Numbered from the stretch's first letter, positions 1 through 11,262 are shown. The stretch is 64,000 nucleotides of DNA from an uncultured Candidatus Rokubacteria bacterium (GCA_963789955.1 CAWBMV010000034.1:288001-352000), one strand, 5' to 3'. Numbers and translations are program-made. Notes: generated by a model from the sequence alone, not told the origin.

Positions 1-435
1 GCCGTGGAGCGGTTCGGAAGCCAGTGCATCGTCGTGGCGATCGATGCGCGCCGGGAACCCGGTCGCCCCGACGAGCCGCCCCGCTGGGGCGTCTATACCC
101 ACGGTGGCCGGCGGCCGGCTGGGCGTGACGCGATCGAGTGGGCGCGCGAGGCGGTGGCGCTCGGCGCCGGCGAGATCCTCCTCACGAGCATGGACCGCGA
201 CGGGACCAAGGACGGCTACGACCTCGAGCTCACGCGCGCGGTCTCGCAGAGCGTGTCCGTTCCGGTGATCGCATCGGGCGGCGCCGGCTCGCTCGAGCAC
301 CTCTACGAAGGTCTGGTCGACGGCTGCGCCGACGCGGCGCTCGCCGCCTCGATCTTTCATTTCGGGACGCACACGATCGCCGAAGCGAAGGCGTACCTGC
401 GCGGGCGCGGCGTCGAGGTACGGAGCGAGCCGTGA
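1..435 (+). CDS. hisF: Imidazole glycerol phosphate synthase cyclase subunit (5' truncated by window edge)
   Basis: [38 protein letters not shown] and AASIFH motifs; ORF open from window start. Confidence 0.96.
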   Translation, partial: AVERFGSQCIVVAIDARREPGRPDEPPRWGVYTHGGRRPAGRDAIEWAREAVALGAGEILLTSMDRDGTKDGYDLELTRAVSQSVSVPVIASGGAGSLEHLYEGLVDGCADAALAASIFHFGTHTIAEAKAYLRGRGVEVRSEP

Positions 436-1082
436 CCCTCGACGAGCTTCGTTTCGACACGCAGGGCCTGCTGCCGGCGGTCGTGCAAGAGGCCGACACC
501 GGCGAGCTCCTGATGGTCGCCTGGATGGACCGCGCCGCCGTCGAAGCCACCTTGTCGAGCGGCGTCACCCACTTCTGGTCGCGCTCGCGCGGCCAACCGT
601 GGAGGAAGGGCGAGACGTCCGGGCACGTCCAGCACGTCCAGTCGGTCTACGCCGACTGTGACGGCGACACGCTCCTGGTGCAGGTGCACCAGGAAGGCGT
701 GGCCTGCCACACCGGGCAGCGCACGTGCTTTTTCACCGCGCTCAAGGGCGGCGCCGGCGACGATCCGCGCCCGGCTCCATCGACCATGCTCGAACGCATC
801 GAGCGCATCATCGAGGAGAGAAAGTCGACGCGGCCCGCGGGATCGTACGTCGCCGGTCTGCTGGCGGCGGGCGAGCCGCACATGTGCCGGAAGATCGGTG
901 AAGAGGCGACCGAGGTGATCACCGCGGCGCTCGGTGGTGAGGGCGACCGGCGTGTCATCGAGGAAGTCGCCGACTTGTGGTTCCACACCCTCGTGCTGCT
1001 CGGCGCGCGTGGGATACCGCTCCGCGAGGTCCTGAAAGAGCTGGCGCGACGCCACGCGGCACGGCCCACGCCGGATCGGTAG
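432..1082 (+). CDS. hisIE: Bifunctional phosphoribosyl-AMP cyclohydrolase/phosphoribosyl-ATP pyrophosphatase
   Basis: [30 protein letters not shown] and ACHTG, then KIGEEATE and [11 protein letters not shown] at 432 overlaps hisF stop. Confidence 0.95.
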   Translation: MTLDELRFDTQGLLPAVVQEADTGELLMVAWMDRAAVEATLSSGVTHFWSRSRGQPWRKGETSGHVQHVQSVYADCDGDTLLVQVHQEGVACHTGQRTCFFTALKGGAGDDPRPAPSTMLERIERIIEERKSTRPAGSYVAGLLAAGEPHMCRKIGEEATEVITAALGGEGDRRVIEEVADLWFHTLVLLGARGIPLREVLKELARRHAARPTPDR

Positions 1083-1089
1083 CCGGCGC

Positions 1090-1593
1090 GTGTGCCGGGC
1101 GCCGCTGGCGCTCGCGCTCGGAGCCGTCATCGCGTTCACCGGGTGCGCGGGCCGGCGAATCGAGAACGGCGTCTATCACTCGGACAAGGGCTATCGCCTC
1201 ACCCTGCCCGGCCCCGACTGGTCCGTGGCCGCGGACAGCAAGGCCGACCTCGAGCTCAGGCACCAGGACGGGCTGGCGGCGATGCTCGCCAACGCCGAGT
1301 GCGACGATCGCGCGAAATCCCGGAGCGCCGGCTTGCTGCTCGGTCAGCTGTTGATCGGGCTGCATGACCGCGCGACCATCGAGCAGAACGAGGTCTCGGT
1401 GAACGGGCAGCAGGCTCTGCATCGGGTCCTGGACGGCCGGGTGGCCGCCGATGGCGCGCCGACGCGGATCGAGGCCTACGTGCTGAAGGATCAGGGCTGC
1501 GTCTACGACTTCGCCTACGCGGCGCCGCCGGCGTCGTTCGAGGCGTGGCGTGCCGACTTTCGCCGGTTCGTCGAGAGCTTCGCCAAGGAGTGA
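1090..1593 (+). CDS. Lipoprotein, probable PsbP/DcrB-like fold, upstream of the Mla transporter genes
   Basis: Signal peptide with lipobox FTGC; YRLTLPGPDW...CVYDFAYAAP...FRRFVESF pattern; fold is an inference. Confidence 0.6.
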   Translation: MCRAPLALALGAVIAFTGCAGRRIENGVYHSDKGYRLTLPGPDWSVAADSKADLELRHQDGLAAMLANAECDDRAKSRSAGLLLGQLLIGLHDRATIEQNEVSVNGQQALHRVLDGRVAADGAPTRIEAYVLKDQGCVYDFAYAAPPASFEAWRADFRRFVESFAKE

Positions 1594-1600
1594 GCGGATC

Positions 1601-2362
1601 GTGGAAGGCTATCTGAGACGAACCGTGGTCTGGTACGGCGGGGTCGGCCTGCTGACCCAGCAAGTCTTTCGGAGTCTCGCGCTCCCGCCGAAGTACTTCC
1701 GTCTGATCGTCCAGGAGATCGAGGTGATGGGCGTGCGCTCGCTGGGCGTCGCGATGACGGCCGCCGTCTTCACCGGCATGGTCTTCACGATCCAGAGCGC
1801 GGTCAACATGGGCCGCTTCGGCGCGGAGAGCTACGTGGGCCCGGTCGCCGCGCTGGCGATATTGCGAGAGCTCGGCCCCGTCCTGACCGCGATCCTCGTG
1901 GGCGGCAAGGTCGCGTCCGGCATCACGGCCGAGCTCGGCTCGATGAAGGTGACCGAGCAGATCGACGCGCTCCGGACGCTCGGCGTGAACTACATCAAGC
2001 GCCTCGTCGTCCCTCGCGTGCTGGCCGCGCTCGTCGTGTTCCCGCTGCTGACCGTGCTGGCCGACGCGGTCGGCGTGCTCGGCGGTATGCTGATCATGTT
2101 CCTGGAGCGCGGCGCCGACATGTACGGCTACTGGAACGTCACGACCTATTGGGTGGTGCCGAAGGACTTCCTGACCGGCGTCGGCAAATCCGTGTTCTTC
2201 GGGGTCATCGTGACGCTCATCGGCTGCTACAACGGTCTCAGCACGGAAGGGGGCACCGAAGGGCTCGGCCGGGCGACGACGGCCACGGTCGTCCACGTGA
2301 CCATGGGGGTCATCGTGTCCGATTTCTTCATCACCAAGCTGTTCCTGACGCTTTTCTACTGA
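1601..2362 (+). CDS. mlaE: MlaE-family ABC transporter permease
   Basis: RELGPVLTAILVGGKVASGITAELGSMKVTEQIDAL signature; GTG start at 1601. Confidence 0.93.
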   Translation: MEGYLRRTVVWYGGVGLLTQQVFRSLALPPKYFRLIVQEIEVMGVRSLGVAMTAAVFTGMVFTIQSAVNMGRFGAESYVGPVAALAILRELGPVLTAILVGGKVASGITAELGSMKVTEQIDALRTLGVNYIKRLVVPRVLAALVVFPLLTVLADAVGVLGGMLIMFLERGADMYGYWNVTTYWVVPKDFLTGVGKSVFFGVIVTLIGCYNGLSTEGGTEGLGRATTATVVHVTMGVIVSDFFITKLFLTLFY

Positions 2363-3141
2363 TGGCCGTGCCGGAGCCGATCGTCGAGGCCGAGGACCTG
2401 AGAAAGAACTTCGACACGAACCCGGTCCTGCGCGGCGTGTCGTTCGTGCTCGCCAAGGGCGAGACCCTGGTCGTCATGGGCGGCAGCGGCGCCGGCAAGA
2501 CGGTCCTCCTCCGTCTGGTCGCGGGCCTGATCCGTCCCGACGGCGGGTCGCTTCGCGTCTTCGGGCGCAACATCGAGAACCTCTCGGAGGAAGCCTTGCT
2601 CCCGCTGCGGCGCCGGATGGGGTACGTGTTCCAGAGCGCGGCGCTCTTCGATTCGCTGTCCGTTTACGAGAACGTCGCGTATCCTCTTCGCGAGCACACC
2701 AGCCTCGGGGAGGCGGAGATCGACGAGCGTGTCGTTCGGAACCTGTCGGTCGTGGGCCTCTCGAGCGACGTCCTGCCGCTCTTGCCGTCCGAGCTCTCGG
2801 GCGGCATGCGCAAGCGCGTCGGGATCGCCCGCGCCCTCTCGGTCGAGCCGGAGATGCTCTTGTTCGACGAGCCGACCGGCCGGGCTCGATCCGACGAACT
2901 CCAAGCTGGTCGCCGACCTGATGCTCGAGAGCTGCGCGGCGGCGTGTGCGACACGGCGATGGTGGTCACCCACGACGTCGAGCTGGCCCGGACGGTCGCC
3001 GACCGCGTGGCGGTGCTCATCAAGGGACGCTTCGAGGCCCTGGGCCCGGCCGACGAGGTCCTGAGCGGTCACAACCCGGCCGTCCAGGCCTTCCTGGCCG
3101 GGAGCAATGTCGCGCGAGCTGCCGGCGGGGCGGGCCGGTGA
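2362..3141 (+). CDS. mlaF: MlaF-family ABC ATPase (compensating indels near 2878 and 2930)
   Basis: Walker A GGSGAGKT, LSGGMRKRVGIARA, FDEPT; the expected AGLDP...LM segment is in another frame. Confidence 0.9.
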   Translation: MAVPEPIVEAEDLRKNFDTNPVLRGVSFVLAKGETLVVMGGSGAGKTVLLRLVAGLIRPDGGSLRVFGRNIENLSEEALLPLRRRMGYVFQSAALFDSLSVYENVAYPLREHTSLGEAEIDERVVRNLSVVGLSSDVLPLLPSELSGGMRKRVGIARALSVEPEMLLFDEPTGRARSDELQAGRRPDARELRGGVCDTAMVVTHDVELARTVADRVAVLIKGRFEALGPADEVLSGHNPAVQAFLAGSNVARAAGGAGR

Positions 3142-3151
3142 TCGAGAGTCG

Positions 3152-4342
3152 ATGAGCGAGAAGCGCGAGACCGCGGTGAAGTTTCGAGTGGGACTCTTCG
3201 TCCTGCTGGCCCTCGCGACGTTTCTGGGAGGCGTCTACGCGCTCGGCGCGCGGGCGCGGCTGTTCGAGGCACGCTACACGATCCACGCCGACTTCACCGA
3301 GGTCGGCGGCCTCGTCGAGGGCGCGACGGTCCGCCTCGCCGGCGTGCAGATCGGCCGGGTCAGCGCGGTGAACCTTCCCCCGCAGCCCGGAGGCAAGGTC
3401 CGGGTCGACCTCACCATCGGCCGGCGATTCTCCGATCGGATCCGCAAGAACTCGGTCGCGCGCATCGAGACCCAGGGATTGCTCGGCGACCGAATCGTCG
3501 AGATCACCGTCGGCGACGCGAGCGCGCCGCCGGTGGCGCCGGGCGAGGTGCTGGCCTCGCGCGATCCGGCCGACTTCGGGCGGGTGATCGCCGCCGGCGC
3601 CGAGACGGCCAAGAACGTCGCGGCCCTGGCCGATGCGCTGCGCGAGACGGCGGACCAGATCAACAAGTCGAAGATGATCGAGGATGCCGCGAGCACGGTG
3701 AACAAGCTCGGACGCGTGGTCGATCAGGTCGAGCGCGGCCGCGGATGGGCCCATACGCTCCTCTACGAGGAGCCGATCGCGCTGCGCCGGGTCAACGAGC
3801 TGATCGCGACGACGCAGACCTTGGTCGAGCGGGTCGAGAAGGGCCAGGGCGCCGCGGGCGTGCTGGTGTCGCCCGAAAGCACCGCGTCCGCCAAGCGCTT
3901 CGTGGCCGCGATGGACCGGATCAGCGCGATGGTCGAGCAGCCGGACCGTGAGCAGGGGCTCCTGCCCGGACTCCTCTTCGATCCGAAGTACAAGGCGGTC
4001 CTCGACGATCTCCGCGTGGTCTCGCACAACCTGCGCGTGATCTCGGATCGCGTGGCCGGCGGCAAAGGCACTCTCGGGAGTCTGGTGGCCGACTCGGAAG
4101 ACGACGGGACCTTGTCGCTCACGATGCAGGATCTCCGGACTGCCGTCGCCAACCTCAAATCGATCAGCGAGAAGATCAACGAGGGCGAGGGCACGGTCGG
4201 GCTGCTGATCGCCGATCCCACGATCTACGAGCGCCTCGTCACGATTCTCGACGGCGCGCAACGGAGCTTTCTGTTGCGATCGATGATTCGCAGTCTGGGC
4301 GACAAGGGCACGAAGTCGAAAGATGACGACACGCGACGCTAG
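3152..4342 (+). CDS. mlaD: MlaD/MCE-domain protein with long helical C-terminus
   Basis: N-terminal TM helix, GLVEGATVRLAGVQIGRV and IETQGLLGD MCE motifs, repeated GTLGxL segments. Confidence 0.9.
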   Translation: MSEKRETAVKFRVGLFVLLALATFLGGVYALGARARLFEARYTIHADFTEVGGLVEGATVRLAGVQIGRVSAVNLPPQPGGKVRVDLTIGRRFSDRIRKNSVARIETQGLLGDRIVEITVGDASAPPVAPGEVLASRDPADFGRVIAAGAETAKNVAALADALRETADQINKSKMIEDAASTVNKLGRVVDQVERGRGWAHTLLYEEPIALRRVNELIATTQTLVERVEKGQGAAGVLVSPESTASAKRFVAAMDRISAMVEQPDREQGLLPGLLFDPKYKAVLDDLRVVSHNLRVISDRVAGGKGTLGSLVADSEDDGTLSLTMQDLRTAVANLKSISEKINEGEGTVGLLIADPTIYERLVTILDGAQRSFLLRSMIRSLGDKGTKSKDDDTRR

Positions 4343-5690
4343 CGTCTACCGCTGCCAGGAATGCGGCTTCTCGAGCCCCAAGCCCGGCACCTGTCCGGAC
4401 TGCCGGCGCGCGGGCAACAACTGGGTGCAGCTCGTCGAGGAGCGGACGACCTCGTCGAAATCGTCGCGGCGGGCGAGCGTGGCGTCCGGCCGGCCGCGCG
4501 CGCTGAAAGAGATCTCGATGGAGCGCGACGATCGCGTCCGCACCGGGATCGGCGAGCTCGACCGCGTGCTCGGCGGCGGCGTCGTTCGCGATTCGCTCGT
4601 GCTGATCGGGGGCGATCCCGGGATCGGCAAGAGCACGCTCCTGCTGCAAGCGGCCCGCGCGCTGGCGCAGGCCGCGCCGCCGGTGCTCTACGTCACCGCC
4701 GAGGAGTCGGCGGCGCAGGTGAAGATGCGCGCCGACCGGCTCGGCATCGCGACCGACGGGCTCCTGCTCTGGCCCGAGAACGACCTGTCGGTCGTCCAGG
4801 GGCATCTCGACGACGTGAAGCCGCGCGCGCTGATCATCGACTCGATCCAGACGGTGTTCTTGCCCGATCTGGAATCGGCGCCGGGCAGCGTCGCGCAGGT
4901 GCGCGAATGCGGCGCGCGCCTGATGACCCTGGCGAAGGGGCGCGGCATCGCGACGTTTCTCGTCGGCCACGTCACGAAGGAAGGCGCGCTGGCCGGGCCG
5001 CGCGTGCTCGAGCACCTGGTCGACACCGTCCTGTATTTCGAGGGCGAGCGTCATCACTCGTACCGCATCCTGCGGGCGGTGAAGAATCGCTTCGGCTCGA
5101 CGAACGAGATCGGCGTCTTCGAGATGGCGGAGGGCGGGCTGGTCGAGGTGACGAATCCCTCGGGCTTCTTCCTCGCCGAGCGTCCCCGTGAGGCGCCCGG
5201 CTCGGTCGTGGTCTCGAGCCTCGAGGGCACGCGGCCCGTGCTGCTCGAGCTCCAGGCGCTCGTCTCGCAGGCGTCCGTCGGCACGCCGCGGCGCACGGTG
5301 CTCGGCGCCGACTACAACCGCGTCTGCCTGCTCCTGGCAGTCCTCGAAAAGCGCGCGGGGGTTCCGCTCGGGAGCCAGGACGTGTACGTGAACGTCGCCG
5401 GCGGCGGCCGCGTCACCGAGCCGGCGGCCGACCTCGGCATCGTCGTCGCGGCGGCGTCGAGCTACATGGATCGCGTCGTGCCGCCGGACGTCCTCGTCGT
5501 GGGCGAAGTCGGGCTCACCGGCGAGGTTCGCGCGGTCGCGGGGCTCGAGCTCCGCCTGCGCGAGGCGGCGGCGCTCGGCTTTCGTCGGGCGATCGTGCCC
5601 CGGAGTAACGTGCTCGAGCCGACGAAGGTGTCGCTCGATATCCGCGGCGTGGCCACCGTCGGCGACGCCCTGACCGCGCTGCTCGGCTGA
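4323..5690 (+). CDS. radA: DNA repair protein RadA/Sms
   Basis: CQECG..CPDC zinc finger, GGDPGIGKST, KNRFG motif, Lon-like C-terminus. Confidence 0.97.
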   Translation: MTTRDASVYRCQECGFSSPKPGTCPDCRRAGNNWVQLVEERTTSSKSSRRASVASGRPRALKEISMERDDRVRTGIGELDRVLGGGVVRDSLVLIGGDPGIGKSTLLLQAARALAQAAPPVLYVTAEESAAQVKMRADRLGIATDGLLLWPENDLSVVQGHLDDVKPRALIIDSIQTVFLPDLESAPGSVAQVRECGARLMTLAKGRGIATFLVGHVTKEGALAGPRVLEHLVDTVLYFEGERHHSYRILRAVKNRFGSTNEIGVFEMAEGGLVEVTNPSGFFLAERPREAPGSVVVSSLEGTRPVLLELQALVSQASVGTPRRTVLGADYNRVCLLLAVLEKRAGVPLGSQDVYVNVAGGGRVTEPAADLGIVVAAASSYMDRVVPPDVLVVGEVGLTGEVRAVAGLELRLREAAALGFRRAIVPRSNVLEPTKVSLDIRGVATVGDALTALLG

Positions 5691-5697
5691 ACGCGCT

Positions 5698-5749
5698 GTG
5701 CGCGCTGCAGGCCGTCGCGGGGCTGGGGCCCCGCCGGCCGAGGCGCGCC
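5698..5749. repeat. 52-bp palindromic intergenic repeat (REP-like family A), copy 1
   Basis: Identical to 41127-41178; nested inverted repeats GCGCGC, GGCCG and GCGGGGC-TGGG-GCCCCGC. Confidence 0.9.
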
Positions 5750-5765
5750 GAAAAAAGGGATAGTA

Positions 5766-6464
5766 ATGCCGGAAAAGACGAAGGCTCCGAAGCTGGCGGT
5801 CGTCATCCCGGCGGGCGGTGTCGGGACACGCTTCGGTGGCCGTCTCCCGAAACAGTTCATCAAGCTCGGACGCGCGCCGATCCTGGCGGAGACGGTCGGC
5901 CACTTCACGCGACATCCGGCCGTGATCGCGGTCGTCGTCGCCGCGCCCGAGATCCACGTGGAGCGCACGCGCCGCGCGCTGGCGCGGGTGACGCGTCGCG
6001 CGCCCGTGACGGTGGTTCAGGGCGGCGGGATGCGCCAGGACTCCGTGTGGCTCGCGCTGCGGGCGGTTCCCGGCCACGCGGACATCATCATCGTCCACGA
6101 CGCCGTCCGGCCGCTGATCACGCGCGGCCTCATCGACGCCGTCGTGGGGGCGGTGGCCGAGTCGGGCGCGGCCATCTGCGCCCTGCCCATCACCGAGACC
6201 ATCAAGCGTGTGCGCCAGGACGTGGTCGAGACGACGCTCGACCGCTCGGAGCTGTGGGCGGTGCAGACGCCTCAGGCCTTCCGCGCCGCTCTGCTCCGCG
6301 AGGCGCACGAGAAGGCGCGCCGGGACGGCGTGGTCGGTACCGACGACGCGATGCTGGTCGAGCGGCTCGGCCACCAGGTGCGCGTGGTGCGGGGGCTCGT
6401 CGAGAACGTGAAGATCACGACACCCGAGGACCTGCGCCGGGCGCGCCGAGCGTGGGCCCGGTGA
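5766..6464 (+). CDS. ispD: 2-C-methyl-D-erythritol 4-phosphate cytidylyltransferase
   Basis: [45 protein letters not shown]. Confidence 0.96.
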   Translation: MPEKTKAPKLAVVIPAGGVGTRFGGRLPKQFIKLGRAPILAETVGHFTRHPAVIAVVVAAPEIHVERTRRALARVTRRAPVTVVQGGGMRQDSVWLALRAVPGHADIIIVHDAVRPLITRGLIDAVVGAVAESGAAICALPITETIKRVRQDVVETTLDRSELWAVQTPQAFRAALLREAHEKARRDGVVGTDDAMLVERLGHQVRVVRGLVENVKITTPEDLRRARRAWAR

Positions 6465-6940
6465 CCCGCGTCGGCTTCGGATTCGACCTCCACCCGCTCG
6501 CCCACGGTCGACCGCTCGTGCTGGGCGGAGTTACGGTAGACTTCGACCGCGGGCTCGCCGGGCACTCGGACGCCGACGTGCTGTCGCATGCGGTCGGCGA
6601 GGCCCTGCTCGGCGCCCTGGCGCTGGGCGACCTCGGTCGACATTTTCCCGACACCGATCCGCGCTATCGAGGCATCTCAAGCCTGCGGCTCCTCCGGAAC
6701 GTGGTCGAGCTGGTGACCGCGCAGGGGGGGCGGCTCGTCAACGTGGACGCGACCGTGCTCGCCCAGGCTCCGCGTCTGGCGCCGCTGCTGCCGGAGATGG
6801 CCAAGCGGCTGGCCGAGACGCTCGGGCTCGAGGTCGGTCGCGTGAGCGTGAAGGCGAAGAGCCCCGAAGGACTCGGCCTCGTGGGCAGGCAAGAAGGCAT
6901 GGCGGCGATGGCGGTGGTCAGCGTCGAGGTGAGTGCATGA
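6461..6940 (+). CDS. ispF: 2-C-methyl-D-erythritol 2,4-cyclodiphosphate synthase
   Basis: [28 protein letters not shown] overlaps ispD stop. Confidence 0.96.
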   Translation: MTRVGFGFDLHPLAHGRPLVLGGVTVDFDRGLAGHSDADVLSHAVGEALLGALALGDLGRHFPDTDPRYRGISSLRLLRNVVELVTAQGGRLVNVDATVLAQAPRLAPLLPEMAKRLAETLGLEVGRVSVKAKSPEGLGLVGRQEGMAAMAVVSVEVSA

Positions 6941-8328
6941 TCCGGATCTCCAACACGATGACGCGGACGAAGGAGGAATTCGTTCCGCTGACGCCGGGTG
7001 AAGTCCGCATGTACGTGTGCGGAGTCACCATCGTACGACTACTCGCACATCGGGCACGCGCGGAGCGCGATGGTCTTCGACGTGATCCGCCGCTACCTCA
7101 CCTTCAGGGGCTATCGGGTCACGTTCGTGAAGAACTACACGGACGTCGACGATCGCATCATCAAGCGCGCCAACGATTCCGGCGTGACCGCTCGGGAATT
7201 CGCCGAGCGCTTCATCACCGCCGAGCGCGAGGACATGGCCTCGCTCGGAGTCCTGGCCCCCGACATCGACCCGAAGGCGACCGAGCACGTGCCCGAGATG
7301 ATCGAGCTCATCGGGCGCCTGGTCGCCGGCGGCCACGCCTATCCCGTCGAGGGCGACGTCTACTTCGCGATCAGCAGCTTCGCGCCGTACGGGCGGCTCT
7401 CGGGCAAGAACCTCGACGATCTGCTCGCGGGCGCCCGCGTCGAGGTGGACGAGCGCAAGCGCGATCCCCGTGATTTCGCGCTCTGGAAGGGCGCGAAGCC
7501 GGGCGAGCCCTCGTGGGACAGTCCGTGGGGACCGGGCCGGCCGGGGTGGCACATCGAGTGTTCCGCGATGGCGATGAAATACCTGGGAGTCTCGTTCGAT
7601 CTCCACGGCGGCGGCGAGGACCTGATCTTCCCGCACCACGAGTGCGAGATCGCCCAGGCCGAAGCCTGCACGGGCAAGCCGTTCGCCCGCTACTGGGTGC
7701 ACAACGGCATGGTCAACATGGGCAAGGAGAAGATGTCGAAGTCGCTCGGCAACACCTTGAGCATCCGGGAGATCGTCAAGCGGCACAGTCCCGACACGCT
7801 CAGGCTCTGGATGCTCGGGACTCACTACCGGAACATGATCGAGTGGTCCGAGGAGCGCGTCGAGGAGAGCAAACGCGCGCTCGAGCGCCTGACGCGCTTG
7901 CTTCACGACGCGGCCGCCGTGCGCGACGGCGGCGCCCGGCGGCGTTGCCACCGGCATTCGCGGAGTTCCGCCCGCGCTTCGAGAAGGCGATGGACGACGA
8001 CTTCAACACGCCGCAGGCGCTCGGCGTGCTCTTCGATTTCGGCCGAGCGCTGGCCGACGCGCGCGACCGGGGTACCGGCACTTCCGGCGCGTTCGTCGCG
8101 GGCGTCGACGAGCTGGTCCAGCTCTCGCGCGTGCTCGGGCTCTTCGGCCGTGGCGCCGCGATGGACGGGCCGCCGGCGGAAGTCCAGCAGCTGCTCACCG
8201 CGCGCGGCGAGGCGCGGGCGCGCCGTGATTTCAAGCGCGGGGACGAGATCCGCGACGAGATCGCGCGGCTCGGCTGGCTCGTCGAGGACACGCCGGCCGG
8301 TCCGCGCCTGACCCCGAAGGGGCGGTAG
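6937..8328 (+). CDS. cysS: Cysteine--tRNA ligase (frameshifts near 7030 and 7935, probably sequencing errors)
   Basis: [19 protein letters not shown] and KMSKS motifs spread over three ORFs. Confidence 0.95.
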
Positions 8329-9101
8329 TGACCGAAGGCCGTATCTACGGCCGGAATCCCGTGCTCGAGCTGCTCCGCGCGGACGGACGCCGTGCCGACG
8401 AGATCGCCGTGCTCGCGGGTGCCCACGGTCCGCTCGCCGAGATCGTCGCGCTCGCGCGTCGCGCGGGTGTCAAGGTCTCGTACCGCACGCGCGAGCAGCT
8501 GACGGCGATCGCCGGCTCCGACCGCCACCAGGGAGTCGTCGCGCGTGTCGCGTCGGCGGCGTACGTCGATCTGGGGGCGCTGCTCGAGATCCCGGCGTCA
8601 CGCGGCGAGCCGGCCTTCTTCGTGGCGCTCGATCAGGTGCAGGATCCCCGGAACTTCGGCGCGGTTCTCAGGACCGCCGAGGTGTTCGGCGCCCATGGCG
8701 TGATCGTCCCCAAGCACCACCAGGTCGGCCTCACCGATGCCGCGGCTCGCGCCGCCATGGGGGCGGTCGAGCACCTGCCCGTCGCCCGCGAGACCAATCT
8801 CGTGAATGCGCTGGAAATAGTGAAGAAATCTGGTATCTGGGTTTACGGTGGGGTCGCGGGCGCGGGCGTTCCGGTGTGGGGTGCGGACCTGACCGGCCCG
8901 CTCTGCCTGGTTCTGGGGAGCGAAGGCGGGGGGCTCAGACCGCTGGTCGCGCAGGCCTGCGATGTGCTGGTCACCATCCCGATGCGGGGAAAGATCGGCT
9001 CGCTGAACGTCGCGGCCGCCGGCGCAGTTCTCTGCTATGAGGTCGCGAGACAGCGAGGCGCCGCGGGCAAAGTGCTTGACTTATCTAAAAGTCAAGCCTA
9101 A
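8328..9101 (+). CDS. rlmB: 23S rRNA Gm2251 2'-O-methyltransferase
   Basis: IYGRNPV, HQGVVA, QDPRNFGA, GSEG, IPMRG..SLNV SpoU motifs. Confidence 0.93.
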   Translation: MTEGRIYGRNPVLELLRADGRRADEIAVLAGAHGPLAEIVALARRAGVKVSYRTREQLTAIAGSDRHQGVVARVASAAYVDLGALLEIPASRGEPAFFVALDQVQDPRNFGAVLRTAEVFGAHGVIVPKHHQVGLTDAAARAAMGAVEHLPVARETNLVNALEIVKKSGIWVYGGVAGAGVPVWGADLTGPLCLVLGSEGGGLRPLVAQACDVLVTIPMRGKIGSLNVAAAGAVLCYEVARQRGAAGKVLDLSKSQA

Positions 9102-9104
9102 TGT
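9076..9104 (+). promoter_or_regulatory. Sigma70-type promoter of the tRNA-tuf operon
   Basis: TTGACT-N17-TAATGT in an AT-rich patch, 14 nt upstream of tRNA-Thr. Confidence 0.7.
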
Positions 9105-9118
9105 GACCTTTTGTCTGT

Positions 9119-9193
9119 GCTGGCGTAGCTCAGGGGCAGAGCAACTGCCTTGTAAGCAGTGGGTCGGGGGTTCAAATCCTCCCGCCAGCGCCA
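9119..9193 (+). tRNA. tRNA-Thr(TGT)
   Basis: Acceptor GCTGGCG/CGCCAGC, anticodon loop CTTGTAA, GTTCAAATC, encoded CCA. Confidence 0.96.
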
Positions 9194-9231
9194 GCTTTTT
9201 CGAGGAGTTGCCAGGTGCGGCCGGCGGATTC

Positions 9232-9317
9232 GGGGAGGTACCCAAGTGGCCAAAGGGGGCAGACTGTAAATCTGCTGGCGTACGCCTTCGGGGGTTCAAA
9301 TCCTCCCCTCCCCACCA
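9232..9317 (+). tRNA. tRNA-Tyr(GTA)
   Basis: Acceptor GGGGAGG/CCTCCCC, loop CTGTAAA, long variable arm, CCA. Confidence 0.96.
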
Positions 9318-9360
9318 TTGTAGCGGGTGCCTTCGAGGCCGGATCTCACCGAGGGTGGGC

Positions 9361-9519
9361 TGAGAAAGGTGCGGCTGCGAGAGGCACGCGCGCTTACGCG
9401 GTTTAAGGCGTGCGCGTTCGCGTGGAGGTATGCGCGCTACGCGGTTTGACGGCGGTTTCGCGTGAGGCATGCGCGGTTCTGCGGTTGAGGCGTGCGCGGT
9501 TCCGCGGTTGAGAAAGGTG
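9361..9519. repeat. Degenerate tandem mini-hairpin array in the tRNA-Tyr/tRNA-Gly spacer
   Basis: About 6 units resembling GAGGCGTGCGCGGTTCCGCGGTT, bracketed by TGAGAAAGGTG direct repeats. Confidence 0.7.
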
Positions 9520-9565
9520 TACGTGGCTCTGCAGTTCAGACAGGCGCACGGGGTTCTGCTTGCGG

Positions 9566-9640
9566 GCGGGAATAGCTCAGCGGTAGAGCGCCAGCCTTCC
9601 AAGCTGGGGGTCGCGGGTTCGAATCCCGTTTCCCGCTCCA
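9566..9640 (+). tRNA. tRNA-Gly(TCC)
   Basis: Acceptor GCGGGAA/TTCCCGC, loop CTTCCAA, GTTCGAATC, CCA. Confidence 0.96.
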
Positions 9641-9654
9641 GGTCTCGCGTATGC

Positions 9655-9730
9655 GCCCATGTAGCTCAGTCGGCAGAGCGCGTCCTTGGTAAGGACGAGG
9701 TCTCCGGTTCAATCCCGGACATGGGCTCCA
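9655..9730 (+). tRNA. tRNA-Thr(GGT)
   Basis: Acceptor GCCCATG/CATGGGC, loop TTGGTAA, CCA. Confidence 0.96.
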
Positions 9731-9807
9731 GGATTCATCAGCGCGCCGCAGCAGGTGCGCGCACGACGTTGAGTGATATCGCTACCGCCAACGGGAGGGC
9801 GTGAGGA

Positions 9808-11001
<1,194 letters not shown>

Positions 11002-11004
11002 GCG

Positions 11005-11154
11005 ATGCGCGACATCATCTCGCTCGCGTGCTCGACGTGCCAGCGGCGGAACTACGCGACGACGAAGAATCGTCGGACGCACCCCGATCGCCTGGAGCTC
11101 AAGAAATATTGCAGGTGGTGCCGCAAGCACACACCGCACAGAGAGACCAAGTAG
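11005..11154 (+). CDS. rpmG: 50S ribosomal protein L33 (Zn-ribbon form)
   Basis: Translated by eye: [49 protein letters not shown]. Confidence 0.95.
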   Translation: MRDIISLACSTCQRRNYATTKNRRTHPDRLELKKYCRWCRKHTPHRETK

Positions 11155-11162
11155 CTCGGGAT

Positions 11163-11239
11163 AGGGGTGTAGCTCTAACGGCTAGAGCACCGGACTCCAA
11201 ATCCGGGGGATGGGGGTTCGAATCCCTCCACCCCTGCCA
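11163..11239 (+). tRNA. tRNA-Trp(CCA)
   Basis: Acceptor AGGGGTG/CACCCCT, loop CTCCAAA, CCA; canonical rpmG-trnW-secE position. Confidence 0.96.
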
Positions 11240-11262
11240 TTGTTCGGCGGACTAGGGAGCAG

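Noticed and set aside
9361..9519. Possible CRISPR array in the tRNA spacer
   Set aside because: Units are degenerate and adjacent with no unique spacers, and there are no cas genes in the window.
9081..9804. ORFs overlapping the tRNA cluster
   Set aside because: They overlap four clear tRNA genes and have no protein-like features.
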